From assembly GCA_035494735.1 (NCBI GenBank), contig DATJGS010000037.1, positions 81,637-145,636 on the forward strand: a stretch of DNA of 64,000 nt, in the 5' to 3' direction. Below the pieces are notes generated by a model. That model saw only the letters and a program-made list of their open reading frames with translations, had not been told where the DNA came from and did no database searches. Position 1 is the first letter of the stretch; every line of letters begins with the position of its first letter. Both the position numbers and the translations under genes were made by a program. The stretch comes from Candidatus Saccharimonadaceae bacterium. Lineage in GTDB: Bacteria > Eisenbacteria > RBG-16-71-46. This document shows, in pieces, positions 46,691-56,941 of this stretch.

Positions 46691-47110
46691 CTACTCGAGC
46701 TTCGCGCCTTCCACCCACGCCGCGCCGCCGTCGTCGAAGATCTCCTTCTTCCAGATGGGCACGCTGCGCTTGAGTTCGTCCATGGCCCAGCGGCACGCGT
46801 CGAAGGCGGCGGCACGATGCACGGCCGTGGCGAGCACGACGACGCTGGCCTCGGAGGGCGGCACTTCGCCGAGCCGATGCACGATGCGGCACGCGGCGAT
46901 CGCGAAGCGCTCGGCGGCAGCGCGCTCGATCTTCTCGAGCGCGGCGATGGCCATCGGCGCGTAGGCCTCGTACGCGAGGCGCACGACGCGCCGGCCTTCG
47001 TGATGATCGCGCGTCGTGCCGAGGAACACCGCGACCGCGCCGCAGTCGGGGCGCGACGCCTCGCGCGCGAGATGGGCGACGTCGATCGGGTGTTCGGTCA
47101 GTTCAGCCAC
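46691..47110 (-). CDS. moaE: Molybdopterin synthase catalytic subunit.
   Basis: MoaE fold pattern; GTG start at 47110; the upstream ORF extension was judged spurious. Confidence 0.8.
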   Translation of the reverse strand: MAELTEHPIDVAHLAREASRPDCGAVAVFLGTTRDHHEGRRVVRLAYEAYAPMAIAALEKIERAAAERFAIAACRIVHRLGEVPPSEASVVVLATAVHRAAAFDACRWAMDELKRSVPIWKKEIFDDGGAAWVEGAKLE

Positions 47111-47837
47111 GGTGCGGTCCTCGCAGGGCGACCCGCCGCGTCGCGCGCGGCACGGCGACGGAGCCGGCGCGGCGCGAACGCACGCCGGCCAGCTCCCGGC
47201 GCATGATGGGCCGCGTCGCCGAACGCCGCGCGACTTCACGGAATCCCGCGGCGCGGAACGACGCCGCGAGGCCGTGCCACACGAACGCGGCGGGCATGCG
47301 GTCCGCGGGATCGACGGGATAGCCTTCGAGGCGCGGCGCGCCCCGCTTCGCGGCGTACGCGCACGCCGCCTCGAGCAGCGCCACCGTCAGACGCCGGCCC
47401 CGCTGCGTGCGATCGATGAAGAAGCACGGCACGGACCACGTCGGCAGTTCGTCGACCGGCAGCAGAATGCGCGACGATTCGTAGCGCCGGTATGTGGCAC
47501 GGGGCGCAAGCGCCACCCAGCCGACGGCACGCCCCCCTTCGTATGCGAGCAGCCCGGGCGGATCGCCCTTCGCGACGATCTTCCGGAACGCGGTGCGATT
47601 GTTCGCGTGCTCGGCCTTCCACTCGGCCGCGGTGCGCCGTGGGAACATGCACCAGCATCCCGCGCACGCCCCGCGCGGCCCGAACAGCCGCACGAGATCG
47701 TCCCAGCGATCGGGCGTGAGCGGGTGGAACGTCCACGGCGTGCGCGCCGGACGCTTGCTCGCGGAGGCGCGCGCAAGGCCGCGTCTCGCGCCCGTGCGCG
47801 CGGCAGGCTTCGCTCCCCTCCTGCGCGTCGCGCTCAT
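47103..47837 (-). CDS. GNAT-family N-acetyltransferase embedded between moaD and moaE.
   Basis: CxGCWCM ... acetyl-CoA-binding fold; ATGA overlap with moaD and an 8-nt overlap with moaE. Confidence 0.7.
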   Translation of the reverse strand: MSATRRRGAKPAARTGARRGLARASASKRPARTPWTFHPLTPDRWDDLVRLFGPRGACAGCWCMFPRRTAAEWKAEHANNRTAFRKIVAKGDPPGLLAYEGGRAVGWVALAPRATYRRYESSRILLPVDELPTWSVPCFFIDRTQRGRRLTVALLEAACAYAAKRGAPRLEGYPVDPADRMPAAFVWHGLAASFRAAGFREVARRSATRPIMRRELAGVRSRRAGSVAVPRATRRVALRGPHRG

Positions 47838-48079
47838 CCGCCGCTCACCGGCGGCAGCAGCGCCAGCTCGGCGCCGGCCGCGAGCGGCGCCTCGGGTTTG
47901 ACCAGCCGCCCGTCGACCGCGAGCGCGAGATGCGCGACCAGCGCGTCGAGCCCCGGGTGCAGGCGCACGAGCGCGGCGAGCGCGTCGGCGACGCGACTCG
48001 ACTCGGGCAGATCGAGTCGCAGCGTGGACGCGCCCGCGCGTTCACGGGCCTGCGCGAAGAGGAGAACGGTGATGGTCAT
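47834..48079 (-). CDS. moaD: Molybdopterin synthase sulfur-carrier subunit (ends in GG).
   Basis: 81 aa; ubiquitin-like fold; C-terminal ...PPVSGG. Coordinates are +/-1 because of the local sequence/table discrepancy. Confidence 0.8.
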   Translation of the reverse strand: MTITVLLFAQARERAGASTLRLDLPESSRVADALAALVRLHPGLDALVAHLALAVDGRLVKPEAPLAAGAELALLPPVSGG

Positions 48080-48117
48080 GATGGACGCGTCAGCGACGCG
48101 CACACTATGCTGGCGTG

Positions 48118-49335
48118 ATGGACCATCAGAATCAAGCCTCCGACGATCCGGAACGTCCCGGGACGACGCCCGGCCCGCCGCCGGACGCGACGCACGAGAC
48201 CGCCCCCGGAGCACCGGACGCGGCGCCCGACGCGACGCATGACGCCGCCACGGGCGCGCCGGACGCGGCGCCGAACGCGCACGACGCCGGGTCCGACTTC
48301 GGCGCCCCCACGCCCCGCCTGCCCGACTTGCGCCCGGCGCTCATCGGGTGGCTCGCGTTCATCGCGGTCGCGGGCATCGCCGGCATCGCCATCGGCGCGC
48401 AGGAGCTCGCGCTCATGGTGGCGCTGGCCGGGCTGTTCGTGGCGGCGCAGGCCGCGGATCTCGATTCGCGCTGGACGCTGTTCTACTGGCTGCTCGGCGC
48501 GGCCGTGCCCGTCGGCGGTGCGCTCGCGTTCAGCGCGCTCACCACGCTGGCCAATCAATCGGCGCTGAGCGGCGCGCCGCGCGTGATCGCGATCGGCGTG
48601 TCGATCTTCGCGGCGCTGGTGTCGCTCCTGACCGCCGTGCGGCCGTTCGCCGACGAGCTGGTCTCGCTGCTGTTCCGCAGCGATGCGCCGACGCACACGC
48701 TGCGCCTGGCCGCGCGGCTCGTGCTGCTGACGTTCCTGTTCTCGATCCCCGGCTACTTCCTGGTGCCGGATCTCATGCAGAACATGCTCGACGACGCGAA
48801 GGGCTTCTTCGCCCGCGTGTCGCTCGGGAGCGAACTGATCGGCTACGTCGCGCTCGCGCTCGGCTCGGTCGGGTTCCTGGTGCGCCGCGGATTGCGCGAC
48901 GCGCTCGCGCGCCTCGGCGTGACGCGGCTGCCGCGCAGCCAGTGGTGGATCGTCGTGGCCGGCGTGGTGGCAATCATCGCGTTCAACAATCTCGCGGACT
49001 GGGCGCAGCACCGCTGGTTGCCCGCGGCGTGGGCGCACGACAGCGACATGAACAAGAAGCTGTCGCGCGGGCTCGGGCCCATGCGCGTGATCCTGCTCGG
49101 CCTCGCGGCCGGCATCGGCGAAGAGATCACGCTGCGCGGCGCGCTCCAGCCGCGGCTCGGCATCGTGCTCACGGCGCTGCTGTTCGCGTCGCTGCACGTC
49201 CAGTACTCGTGGTCGGGAATGATCGTGGTCGGTGTGATCGGGCTCGTGCTCGGTGTGATCCGGCGCCGCGCGAACACGACGGCGTCCATCGCCGTGCACA
49301 CGCTCTACGACATCGCGGCGGTGTTCGGAACGTAA
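48118..49335 (+). CDS. CPBP-family (CAAX) intramembrane metalloprotease.
   Basis: EExxxR, FxxxH and HxxxD motifs. The N-terminal approximately 70 aa are a repetitive D/A/P/T-rich low-complexity stretch, so the true start may be near 48330. Confidence 0.75.
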   Translation: MDHQNQASDDPERPGTTPGPPPDATHETAPGAPDAAPDATHDAATGAPDAAPNAHDAGSDFGAPTPRLPDLRPALIGWLAFIAVAGIAGIAIGAQELALMVALAGLFVAAQAADLDSRWTLFYWLLGAAVPVGGALAFSALTTLANQSALSGAPRVIAIGVSIFAALVSLLTAVRPFADELVSLLFRSDAPTHTLRLAARLVLLTFLFSIPGYFLVPDLMQNMLDDAKGFFARVSLGSELIGYVALALGSVGFLVRRGLRDALARLGVTRLPRSQWWIVVAGVVAIIAFNNLADWAQHRWLPAAWAHDSDMNKKLSRGLGPMRVILLGLAAGIGEEITLRGALQPRLGIVLTALLFASLHVQYSWSGMIVVGVIGLVLGVIRRRANTTASIAVHTLYDIAAVFGT

Positions 49336-49410
49336 CGGGCGTTCGCGACGTGGGACGCACGGCCGTCCGCGGCGCCGAACCATCGCGCGGCGCGGAGGCC
49401 GCGAAAGCGC

Positions 49411-50130
49411 CTAGCTCAGCGTCTCACCGGGGCGCAGCGCCACGACGTCCGCGGTGACACCGAAGCGCTTCAACTCCTCCTTCAGCGCGTCGGGCGTCCC
49501 GGTCAGCCCGGGAGACGTGCCGTGGTGCATGGGCACGATCCACTTGGGCTTGAGCATGCGCGCCGCGACCGCGGCTTCGCGCGGGCCCATCGTGTACAGA
49601 TCGCCGATCGGCAGCAGCACGATCTCGGGCGCGTACAGCTCGGCGATCAGCGCCATGTCCGGAAGCAGCCCGGTGTCGCCGGCGTGATAGATGCGCGTGC
49701 CGTCCTCCAGCGTGATGACGAAGCCGCACGGCTCGCCGCCGTAGACGACCTGGCCGCCGTCCTCGATGCCGGCCGAATGCGTGGCGTGCACCATCGTGAA
49801 CTTGAGCCCGCCCACCTCCTGCGTGCCGCCCTTGCCCATCGGCGCGACGCTGGGAACGCCTTTGCGCGTGAGGTAGAGACCCATCTCGTAGATGCACACG
49901 ACCGTGGGCTTGAACTTCTTGCCGAGCGTGACCGCGTCGGCGGCGTGATCGCCGTGGCCGTGCGAGATCGTCATGATGTCGATCTTGTCGAACGTCTTCA
50001 GCTCCTTCGGGCACGCCGGATTGCCCTCGATCCAGGGGTCGAGCAGCACGGTCTTGGCGCCGCGCGTGACCAGCTTGAACGTCGAATGGCCCAGCCAGGT
50101 CAGGGCGAAGCCGCGATTCAGGTTCGGCAT
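49411..50130 (-). CDS. MBL-fold metal-dependent hydrolase (UPF0173-like).
   Basis: HGHGDH motif. Confidence 0.85.
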   Translation of the reverse strand: MPNLNRGFALTWLGHSTFKLVTRGAKTVLLDPWIEGNPACPKELKTFDKIDIMTISHGHGDHAADAVTLGKKFKPTVVCIYEMGLYLTRKGVPSVAPMGKGGTQEVGGLKFTMVHATHSAGIEDGGQVVYGGEPCGFVITLEDGTRIYHAGDTGLLPDMALIAELYAPEIVLLPIGDLYTMGPREAAVAARMLKPKWIVPMHHGTSPGLTGTPDALKEELKRFGVTADVVALRPGETLS

Positions 50131-50192
50131 GTGGATCCCGTTCTCCCGAGGCGCCGCGCGGCGTGTGGCGCGCGGCGACGACGTCGTGTCGA

Positions 50193-51593
50193 TCAGCGCG
50201 CCGGGGCCGCGGCCTCGGCGTCCTTCAACTCTTCGAGGCGCGCCGTGAAGTGCCTGAGCACCGGCGCCTCGTACGTGATGCGCAGCCCCTTCATCTCGTT
50301 GCGCCGCCGGTACAGGTCGATCACCGATTCGCCGACGTAGCGCATGTGCTCGGTCGTGTACACGCGCCGCGGGATGGCGAGACGCACGAGTTCGAGCTGG
50401 GGGTACACCATGTCGCCGCGCGCGTCGCGGTGCGCGAACATCAGCGAGCCGACTTCGACCGAGCGGATGCCGAACTCACGATACAGCGCCACGACCAGAG
50501 CCTGCCCTGGATACTGTGACTGTGGCAGGTGCGCGAGGAAGCGTCGTGCGTCGAGGTACACGGCGTGTCCCCCGACCGGCTTCACGATCGGCACGCCCGC
50601 GCGATCGAGCTGGTCGCCGAGCGCGGCCACCTGGCCGATGCGGAACGCCAGGTAGTCTTCGTTCAGCACCTCGCGCAGGCCGCGCGCGATCGCTTCGAGG
50701 TCGCGCCCGGCGAGGCCGCCGTACGTCGGGAAACCCTCGACGAGGATCAACAGGTTCGTCACCCGCTCGGCCCACTCGGCGTTGTTGAGTGCGAGGAACC
50801 CGCCGATGTTCACGAGCCCGTCCTTCTTCGCGCTCATCGTGCAGCCGTCACCCAGCGCGAACGTCTCGCGCGCGATCTCGGCCACGGCCTTGTTCGCGTA
50901 GCCGGGCTCGCGCTGCTGGACGAACCAGCTGTTCTCGGCGAAGCGGCACGCGTCGAAGATCAGCGGGACGCCGTGGCGACTGCACACTTCGCGCACGGCG
51001 CGCATGTTCGCGATTGAGACAGGTTGTCCCCCACCTGAGTTGTTCGTGATGGTGATCATCACCATCGGCACCCGGGCCGCGCCGAGCTCACGGAGCGCGT
51101 TGTCGAGCTTGAGTGGGTCAAGATTGCCCTTGAACGGATGCTGGAGCGTCGGGTCCAGGCCTTCGTCGATGACCAGGTCCAGCGCTTCGGCGCCCTGGTG
51201 TTCGACGTTCGCCCGCGTCGTGTCGAAGTGAATGTTGTTCGGTACGACGTCGCCCTTCTTGAGGATGGTCGAGAACAGCAGGTTCTCCGCAACGCGGCCC
51301 TGGTGGGTCGGAATGACATGCTTGTAGCCAAAAATGTCCCGTACCGCGTCCTGGAAGTGAAAGAAGTTCCGGCTCCCGGCGTACGACTCGTCGCCCATCA
51401 TGAGCCCAGCCCACTGGTGGTCACTCATGGCCGAGGTGCCTGAGTCTGTGAGCAGGTCCACGTAGATGCTGTCCGCCGGGACCGCGAAGATATTGAGGCC
51501 CGCCTCGGTGATCAGCCGTTCACGCTCTTCGCGTGTCACACGGCGCAGCGGTTCGACGACCTTGATGCGGAAGGGCTCTGCGGGAAATCGCAT
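50193..51593 (-). CDS. Beta-eliminating lyase: tyrosine phenol-lyase/tryptophanase family.
   Basis: N-terminal PAEPFRIKVVEP, SDHQWAGLMMGDESYAGS and a PLP-lysine region, with high identity to known TPL/TnaA sequences recalled from memory. Confidence 0.9.
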   Translation of the reverse strand: MRFPAEPFRIKVVEPLRRVTREERERLITEAGLNIFAVPADSIYVDLLTDSGTSAMSDHQWAGLMMGDESYAGSRNFFHFQDAVRDIFGYKHVIPTHQGRVAENLLFSTILKKGDVVPNNIHFDTTRANVEHQGAEALDLVIDEGLDPTLQHPFKGNLDPLKLDNALRELGAARVPMVMITITNNSGGGQPVSIANMRAVREVCSRHGVPLIFDACRFAENSWFVQQREPGYANKAVAEIARETFALGDGCTMSAKKDGLVNIGGFLALNNAEWAERVTNLLILVEGFPTYGGLAGRDLEAIARGLREVLNEDYLAFRIGQVAALGDQLDRAGVPIVKPVGGHAVYLDARRFLAHLPQSQYPGQALVVALYREFGIRSVEVGSLMFAHRDARGDMVYPQLELVRLAIPRRVYTTEHMRYVGESVIDLYRRRNEMKGLRITYEAPVLRHFTARLEELKDAEAAAPAR

Positions 51594-52029
51594 GGGATCG
51601 GCAGTCTAGTCGGAGGCGACGCGGTGCGCGAGCATTTTAGGCATTGCAATCGAGGCGATGAGGCTCCTACTCTTGAGTCGTCCCCAGGAATCCTCCCCTC
51701 GCAACAGCAGCAGCGTAGGCTCGCCGAGCGCCGCCCCCCCGAGCGCATTCCGCGGTGTATCGCGGACGGGCCGCAACACCTCATCGAGAGCAGGGCGGAT
51801 GGACCGGAACTCGACTTTCGCTTCGCGTCGCGATGGCGTGCAACGCATGCGCTGTGGATCGGTTGGGCGTCTGTGGGATCGGGGGACTCCAACGCTCGGA
51901 TCGTGAAGCAGCGCAGTTTGAGCCGCGCTGGGGCGGCATAGGGGTCGGTGCCAGGCCGAAGTCGGCGCCGAGGCGAGCAGGGACTCGCACCTCGCGTGTG
52001 TCACCGCGAACGACCCAAGGTTGTGCGAA

Positions 52030-52060
52030 GGGCCGGTCGAGAGACCGGCCCTTTCGCGTT
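52030..52060 (+). terminator. Orphan intrinsic-terminator-like hairpin in a 600-bp spacer.
   Basis: Perfect 9-bp stem GGGCCGGTC-gaga-GACCGGCCC followed by TTTCGCGTTGGGGATTTTGG; no upstream plus-strand CDS. Confidence 0.55.
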
Positions 52061-52195
52061 GGGGATTTTGGCTGTCGAGCCAGATGCAAGCGACATTAGA
52101 ATCATGGCTCGCGGATTGGGCTGTCCATCGCATCGAGTCGTTGCCCCTGCACATCGGCTGCGCCGGCGTGCGTCCCGATCGCCGGTTGGAGGTGC

Positions 52196-55100
52196 GTGAT
52201 GACACGACCCTCGAGCGCCCTGTCGCGACTGATCGCGTTCGCCTTCATTCTTGTTGCCTGCCCGACGCTGGCACGGTCGGATTGCCCGCCGGGCACGCTC
52301 TTCCAAGATGGTGTGCCGTACGCCGCGGGACCCCAAGCACACGGAATCGTCACCGCCGATCTGAACGGCGACGGAATTCTCGACGTCGTCGTCGTCTCGA
52401 GCCTCGGCGTTCCGGGCAGTCCATCGGGCTCGATCGCCGTCTACCTCGGTCACGGATCGAATGGAACCGGCGACGGGACGTTTTCGACTCCCGCCTACTT
52501 CGCCGCGAACAACTATCCGACGGACGTCGCCGCCGCTGATCTCGACGGTGATGGGTACACAGACCTCGTCGTGGCTTGTGCATTCGCGGATGTCGTCATC
52601 ACGCTGAAGGGTAACGGGAACGGAACGTTTGCTCCGGCGGTTGCACACGCGACCGGGCACGTGCCGTTCGGCCTTCGCGTGGCCGACTTCGACGGCGACG
52701 GCGTGCCGGACATCGCGGTCACGAACAACAGCGCATCGAGCATCAGCGTGTTCGCGGGCGTGCGAACGGCGGGTGTCTTCGACGTGGGCCCCCGTCACGA
52801 CTACACCGTGGGCGCGGTGCCTCTGGGCCTCACGTCGGGCGACTTCAACGGCGACGGAATCCAGGATCTCGCCGTCGCCGCGTACAACCCGGGCGCCATC
52901 GTCGAGCTCGACGGCATCGCGCCGGGCGGCACGTTCGGCCCGGCCATCAATCATCCGATTGGAGCACATCCTTGGAACGTCGTCGCAACCGACGTGAATA
53001 TTGACGGCCACCCGGACTTGGTCGCCTCGACTGGGGACAACGTCGTCTGCACGCTGCTGGGTGCGCCGGGCGGCGGGTTCCTTTCTCCGCTCACCTCGAC
53101 CACGGCCGGTGTCACAACCGGAATCGTGATCGCCGACTTCGATCTCGACGGAGTCCTCGACGTCGCGCTGACGAATGTGAACAGCACGTCGGTCTCCGTT
53201 CTCCTCGGCAATCACGGAGGCTCGGGAGGCAACGGCACCTTTACGAGTGCTAGCTCCTCGGAAGTGGGCTCCCAGCCCATCGCGATCACGTCGGCTGACT
53301 TCAATGGTGACGGCCATCCCGATCTGGCGACGGCGACGTTCGCGAGCGGGCAGCTCGTCGTCTTGTTGTCGGGGTGCACGCTTCACACGCCGCCCTCGCT
53401 GATTGGCCAGTGGCAGGCGCGAGGGGTCCTCGTGACCCAAGCCAGTGGAGACCAGTTGTCGCCGTGCATCGCGGCCGACGACGCTGGAGGAACTTTCGTC
53501 GCGTGGTTGGACAGACGATCCGCGGTCCCGGGACAGCCGGGTCCTGGGATCTACGTCCAGCGTCTGACGGCGGCCGGCACGGTCGCGGCGGGATGGCCCG
53601 CCGGTGGACTGGCGGTCTCGCAAGGCGGCGGTGAAAGCGTCCTAAGCATCACTCAAGACACGGCGGGTGGGATCTTCCTGACCTGGCTCGACTCGATCAA
53701 CGGAGCGCGCGTCGTCCGGGTGACAGCGAGCGGGCAGCTCGCGCCCGGGTGGACCCTCGGAGGAATTCTCACGAGCAATCTGGGTGCCGGTGGATGCTCG
53801 TCTTGCCCCGACCCGCTCTTTGCGGGTGTCGAGTCCGTCGCGGACGGACTCGGCGGCGTGTTCGTTGCCTTTGCAGCGGCCCGATACATCGCGGTCGAGC
53901 ACGTGACTCCCGGAGGCTCGCTCGATCCGGCGTGGGGCACGGACGGCCTACTCTTCGGTCCTTCGAACAAGCCCCTGGGGAACTGTCACATCGCAACCGA
54001 CATGAATGGCGGTCTCTACCTCGTCTGGCTCGTGTTCAGTTACTCGTGTCTCATCGAATCACCGTTCACGTGCTTCAACACCTCGACCACGGAGCGACGG
54101 CATATTTCGATCGTGGGGGCAGTCGACCCGGCGTGGTCGGGATCCGAGGGCGCAATTCGACCGCGGATCGCGAGCGATGGCGCTGGAGGGGCGGTCGTCG
54201 TTCGATCCAATCTGCCGGCGCCGTACTCGGACTCATACGTCGTCCGCTATGGTCCCACAGGCTCGAAGATCTACGACGTGAACGAACACACGAACATCAC
54301 CGTCGCGGGCGAGATCATTCCGAAGCCCGACGGTCAGGGCGGCACATTGCTCCTCTGGCAGGCCTACTACGGCAAGGATTTCTACACGCTGAGGCTGGCA
54401 GCGAACGGCGCGGCACAGGGTGGGTGGCTCACACCCGGCGCGTCACTCGGAGGCTATCCCGCAGCGATCGACGACGCGGCGATCGCCCCGGACGGCACCG
54501 GTGGCGCCTGTTACGCGTGGGCCGATGGGCGGAACGCGCAATACGACGTTTACGCGACGCGCCTGACGCCGAGTGGCTCGCTGGCGCCGGGATGGACGGT
54601 GAACGGGGACCCGGTAGCCGACGGACTTGCGGATCAATCCCATGTCGCCATCGCCCGCGACATCGCCGGCTCCTTCGTCGTGTGCTGGCAGGACCATCGC
54701 AATGGCACGGACTACGATGTCTACGCTCAGCGCCTCACGCCCGACTCGCCGGTCGCGACGACGACGTCCTTGATCTCCGCGGACGCCACCCCGTCGAGCG
54801 TGACGATGTCCTGGCAGTCGAGTGGAGATCCGGTTGTCGGCGGCGTCGTGCAACGCCGGCAGGGCGGCTCGCCGTGGGCGGCCATCGGCTCCGTCAACAG
54901 CGACGGAACCGGGCGCATGCGCTTCGAAGACGCGAGCGTGGCGCCGGGAGCCCGCTACGCCTACCGACTCGGTTACCGCTCGGACGGCCAGCAACTGTTC
55001 ACGAGCGAGACGTGGGTGGACGTGCCGCTCGCGGCCGTGCTCTCACTCGAGGGCGTGAGACCGAATCCCGCCGTCGATCGGATGACCGTGAGCTTCTCGC

Positions 55101-55300
55101 TGGCCGACGCTTCGCCGGCGACGCTCGTGCTCGTCGACCTCGCGGGTCGCGCGATGCTGCGCCGCGACGTCGGAGCGATGGGGGTGGGGCGACATGTGCT
55201 CTCGCTCGACGTCGGGACGAGGCTCGCGCCCGGCATGTACTGGCTACGGCTCACCCAGGGCGGGCGCATGCTGCACGCGCGGGCGGTCGTGATTCGCTGA
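52196..55300 (+). CDS. Large secreted FG-GAP/VCBS-repeat protein with a T9SS-type C-terminal sorting domain.
   Basis: Signal peptide; repeated DLNGDG/DFDGDG FG-GAP calcium-binding units; C-terminal VRPNP...DLAGRAM...GMYWLRL tail; GC3 clearly lower than in neighbouring genes. Confidence 0.8.
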   Translation: MMTRPSSALSRLIAFAFILVACPTLARSDCPPGTLFQDGVPYAAGPQAHGIVTADLNGDGILDVVVVSSLGVPGSPSGSIAVYLGHGSNGTGDGTFSTPAYFAANNYPTDVAAADLDGDGYTDLVVACAFADVVITLKGNGNGTFAPAVAHATGHVPFGLRVADFDGDGVPDIAVTNNSASSISVFAGVRTAGVFDVGPRHDYTVGAVPLGLTSGDFNGDGIQDLAVAAYNPGAIVELDGIAPGGTFGPAINHPIGAHPWNVVATDVNIDGHPDLVASTGDNVVCTLLGAPGGGFLSPLTSTTAGVTTGIVIADFDLDGVLDVALTNVNSTSVSVLLGNHGGSGGNGTFTSASSSEVGSQPIAITSADFNGDGHPDLATATFASGQLVVLLSGCTLHTPPSLIGQWQARGVLVTQASGDQLSPCIAADDAGGTFVAWLDRRSAVPGQPGPGIYVQRLTAAGTVAAGWPAGGLAVSQGGGESVLSITQDTAGGIFLTWLDSINGARVVRVTASGQLAPGWTLGGILTSNLGAGGCSSCPDPLFAGVESVADGLGGVFVAFAAARYIAVEHVTPGGSLDPAWGTDGLLFGPSNKPLGNCHIATDMNGGLYLVWLVFSYSCLIESPFTCFNTSTTERRHISIVGAVDPAWSGSEGAIRPRIASDGAGGAVVVRSNLPAPYSDSYVVRYGPTGSKIYDVNEHTNITVAGEIIPKPDGQGGTLLLWQAYYGKDFYTLRLAANGAAQGGWLTPGASLGGYPAAIDDAAIAPDGTGGACYAWADGRNAQYDVYATRLTPSGSLAPGWTVNGDPVADGLADQSHVAIARDIAGSFVVCWQDHRNGTDYDVYAQRLTPDSPVATTTSLISADATPSSVTMSWQSSGDPVVGGVVQRRQGGSPWAAIGSVNSDGTGRMRFEDASVAPGARYAYRLGYRSDGQQLFTSETWVDVPLAAVLSLEGVRPNPAVDRMTVSFSLADASPATLVLVDLAGRAMLRRDVGAMGVGRHVLSLDVGTRLAPGMYWLRLTQGGRMLHARAVVIR

Positions 55301-55478
55301 CGGGGGCGGAGCCCCATCGCCTCAACACTGAGACCCGGTCGCGCCCATAGCAAGCGCCGCAGTCCTCAGGTGGCCCGGACACGCTATACTTCGTTCGGAA
55401 TCTTGCGCATCGCGCGCCTGGGTGACGCTGTCGGTGTCGCCTTGGCGTCCGACCCTCCACCCCCGGGCGCGGCCGACC

Positions 55479-56936
55479 GTGACCTTCACCACCGTCACTT
55501 TCATCCTGTTTCTCGTTGTGGTGTTCGCGCTCCACTGGTCCGCGCGCGACCGGCGGGTGCGCAACACCGTGCTGCTCGTCGGCAGCTACGTCTTCTATTC
55601 GTGGTGGGACTGGCGATTCAGCGGGCTGATGCTGGCTGCGAGCCTGATGGACTACGTGGCCGGCGTGTGGATGGACAGGGTCGGCGCGAGCCCGTGGCGG
55701 AAGCGGATCCTGCTGATGAGCATGGTCGGGAACCTCGGCATGCTCGGCCTCTTCAAGTACTTCAACTTCTTCGCGGCCAACCTTCAGGCCCTCGCCGGCG
55801 CGCTCGGACTCCATCTCGACGCGGTGACCCTCCACGTCGTGCTACCGGCGGGCATCAGCTTCTACACGTTCCAGACGATGAGCTACACGATCGAGATCTA
55901 TCGCGGCCAGCTCAAACCCACGCGCGACCTGCTCAGCTACCTCACGTTCGTGTCCTTCTTCCCGCACCTGGTGGCCGGGCCGATCATGCGGGCGCACAAC
56001 TTGCTGCCCCAGATCCAGGCCGAGCGAACGTTCGATTACGAACTCGCCCGGGACGGTTGCCGGCAGATGCTGTGGGGCTTCTTCAAGAAGATCGTGCTCG
56101 CCGACTCACTCGCGATCGTCGTCGATCGTTATTACGCGCAGCCGGCCAGCTGGGGCGGGCCGCAGCTCGCGTTCGCGACGTTGTGCTTTGCGTTCCAGAT
56201 CTACTGCGACTTCTCGGCGTACTCCGACATGGCGAGCGGCACCGCGAAGCTGTTCGGCGTCAGGCTCATTCGCAACTTCGCGTATCCGTACTTCAGCCAG
56301 AGCATCCAGGAATTCTGGCGGCGCTGGCACATCTCGCTGTCCACGTGGTTTCGCGACTACGTGTTCATTCCGCTCGGCGGCAGTCGCAGTTCCGGGCCGC
56401 GCACCGCGTGGAACGCCATGCTCACGTTCCTGCTCAGCGGCTTCTGGCACGGCGCCTCGTGGAATTTCTTGTTGTGGGGCGGCATCAATGGAGCGGCGGT
56501 GACGCCAACCGTCCTGCGCGGCGAAGCGCACCGCATCACGCGCACGGACGTGCCGGGCGGCGAGCGGAACATTCCAGACGCCGGCACTCTGGCGCGCATC
56601 CTGGGGACGTTCGCCGTCACGTGCCTGGCGTGGGTGTTCTTCCGAGCACGCACGCTGTCGGATGCCGTTCTGATCCTGAAACGCGTTCTGACCGGACTGT
56701 TCGATGTCGCCGACTTCCACGCTCTGCTGGGCGTCGTGTCGGCCGAAAAGAAGACGCTCGCGGTCCTGGTCGCGTTCGTCGTCGTCGAATGGCTGGCCCG
56801 CCGCCACGAGCACCCGCTGCGCGAGATCGGCCGCTGGAACCCGCCGTTGCGCTGGGTCACGTACACCGCGCTGATCTGGGGCACGCTGTATCTCGCGCCC
56901 TACGTTCCCGGCCACTTCATCTACTTCCAGTTCTGA
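55479..56936 (+). CDS. MBOAT-family membrane-bound O-acyltransferase (AlgI/DltB-like).
   Basis: Polytopic, with a conserved His in the ...FWHGASWNF region; GTG start assumed. Confidence 0.85.
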   Translation: MTFTTVTFILFLVVVFALHWSARDRRVRNTVLLVGSYVFYSWWDWRFSGLMLAASLMDYVAGVWMDRVGASPWRKRILLMSMVGNLGMLGLFKYFNFFAANLQALAGALGLHLDAVTLHVVLPAGISFYTFQTMSYTIEIYRGQLKPTRDLLSYLTFVSFFPHLVAGPIMRAHNLLPQIQAERTFDYELARDGCRQMLWGFFKKIVLADSLAIVVDRYYAQPASWGGPQLAFATLCFAFQIYCDFSAYSDMASGTAKLFGVRLIRNFAYPYFSQSIQEFWRRWHISLSTWFRDYVFIPLGGSRSSGPRTAWNAMLTFLLSGFWHGASWNFLLWGGINGAAVTPTVLRGEAHRITRTDVPGGERNIPDAGTLARILGTFAVTCLAWVFFRARTLSDAVLILKRVLTGLFDVADFHALLGVVSAEKKTLAVLVAFVVVEWLARRHEHPLREIGRWNPPLRWVTYTALIWGTLYLAPYVPGHFIYFQF

Positions 56937-56941
56937 ACGGG

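Noticed and set aside
51607-51645. 12-codon mini-ORF (MPKMLAHRVASD) just upstream of the tyrosine phenol-lyase/tryptophanase gene, as a possible tnaC-like leader peptide.
   Set aside because: It has no Trp codon, which is essential for TnaC-type sensing, and no SD. It is most likely a chance ORF.
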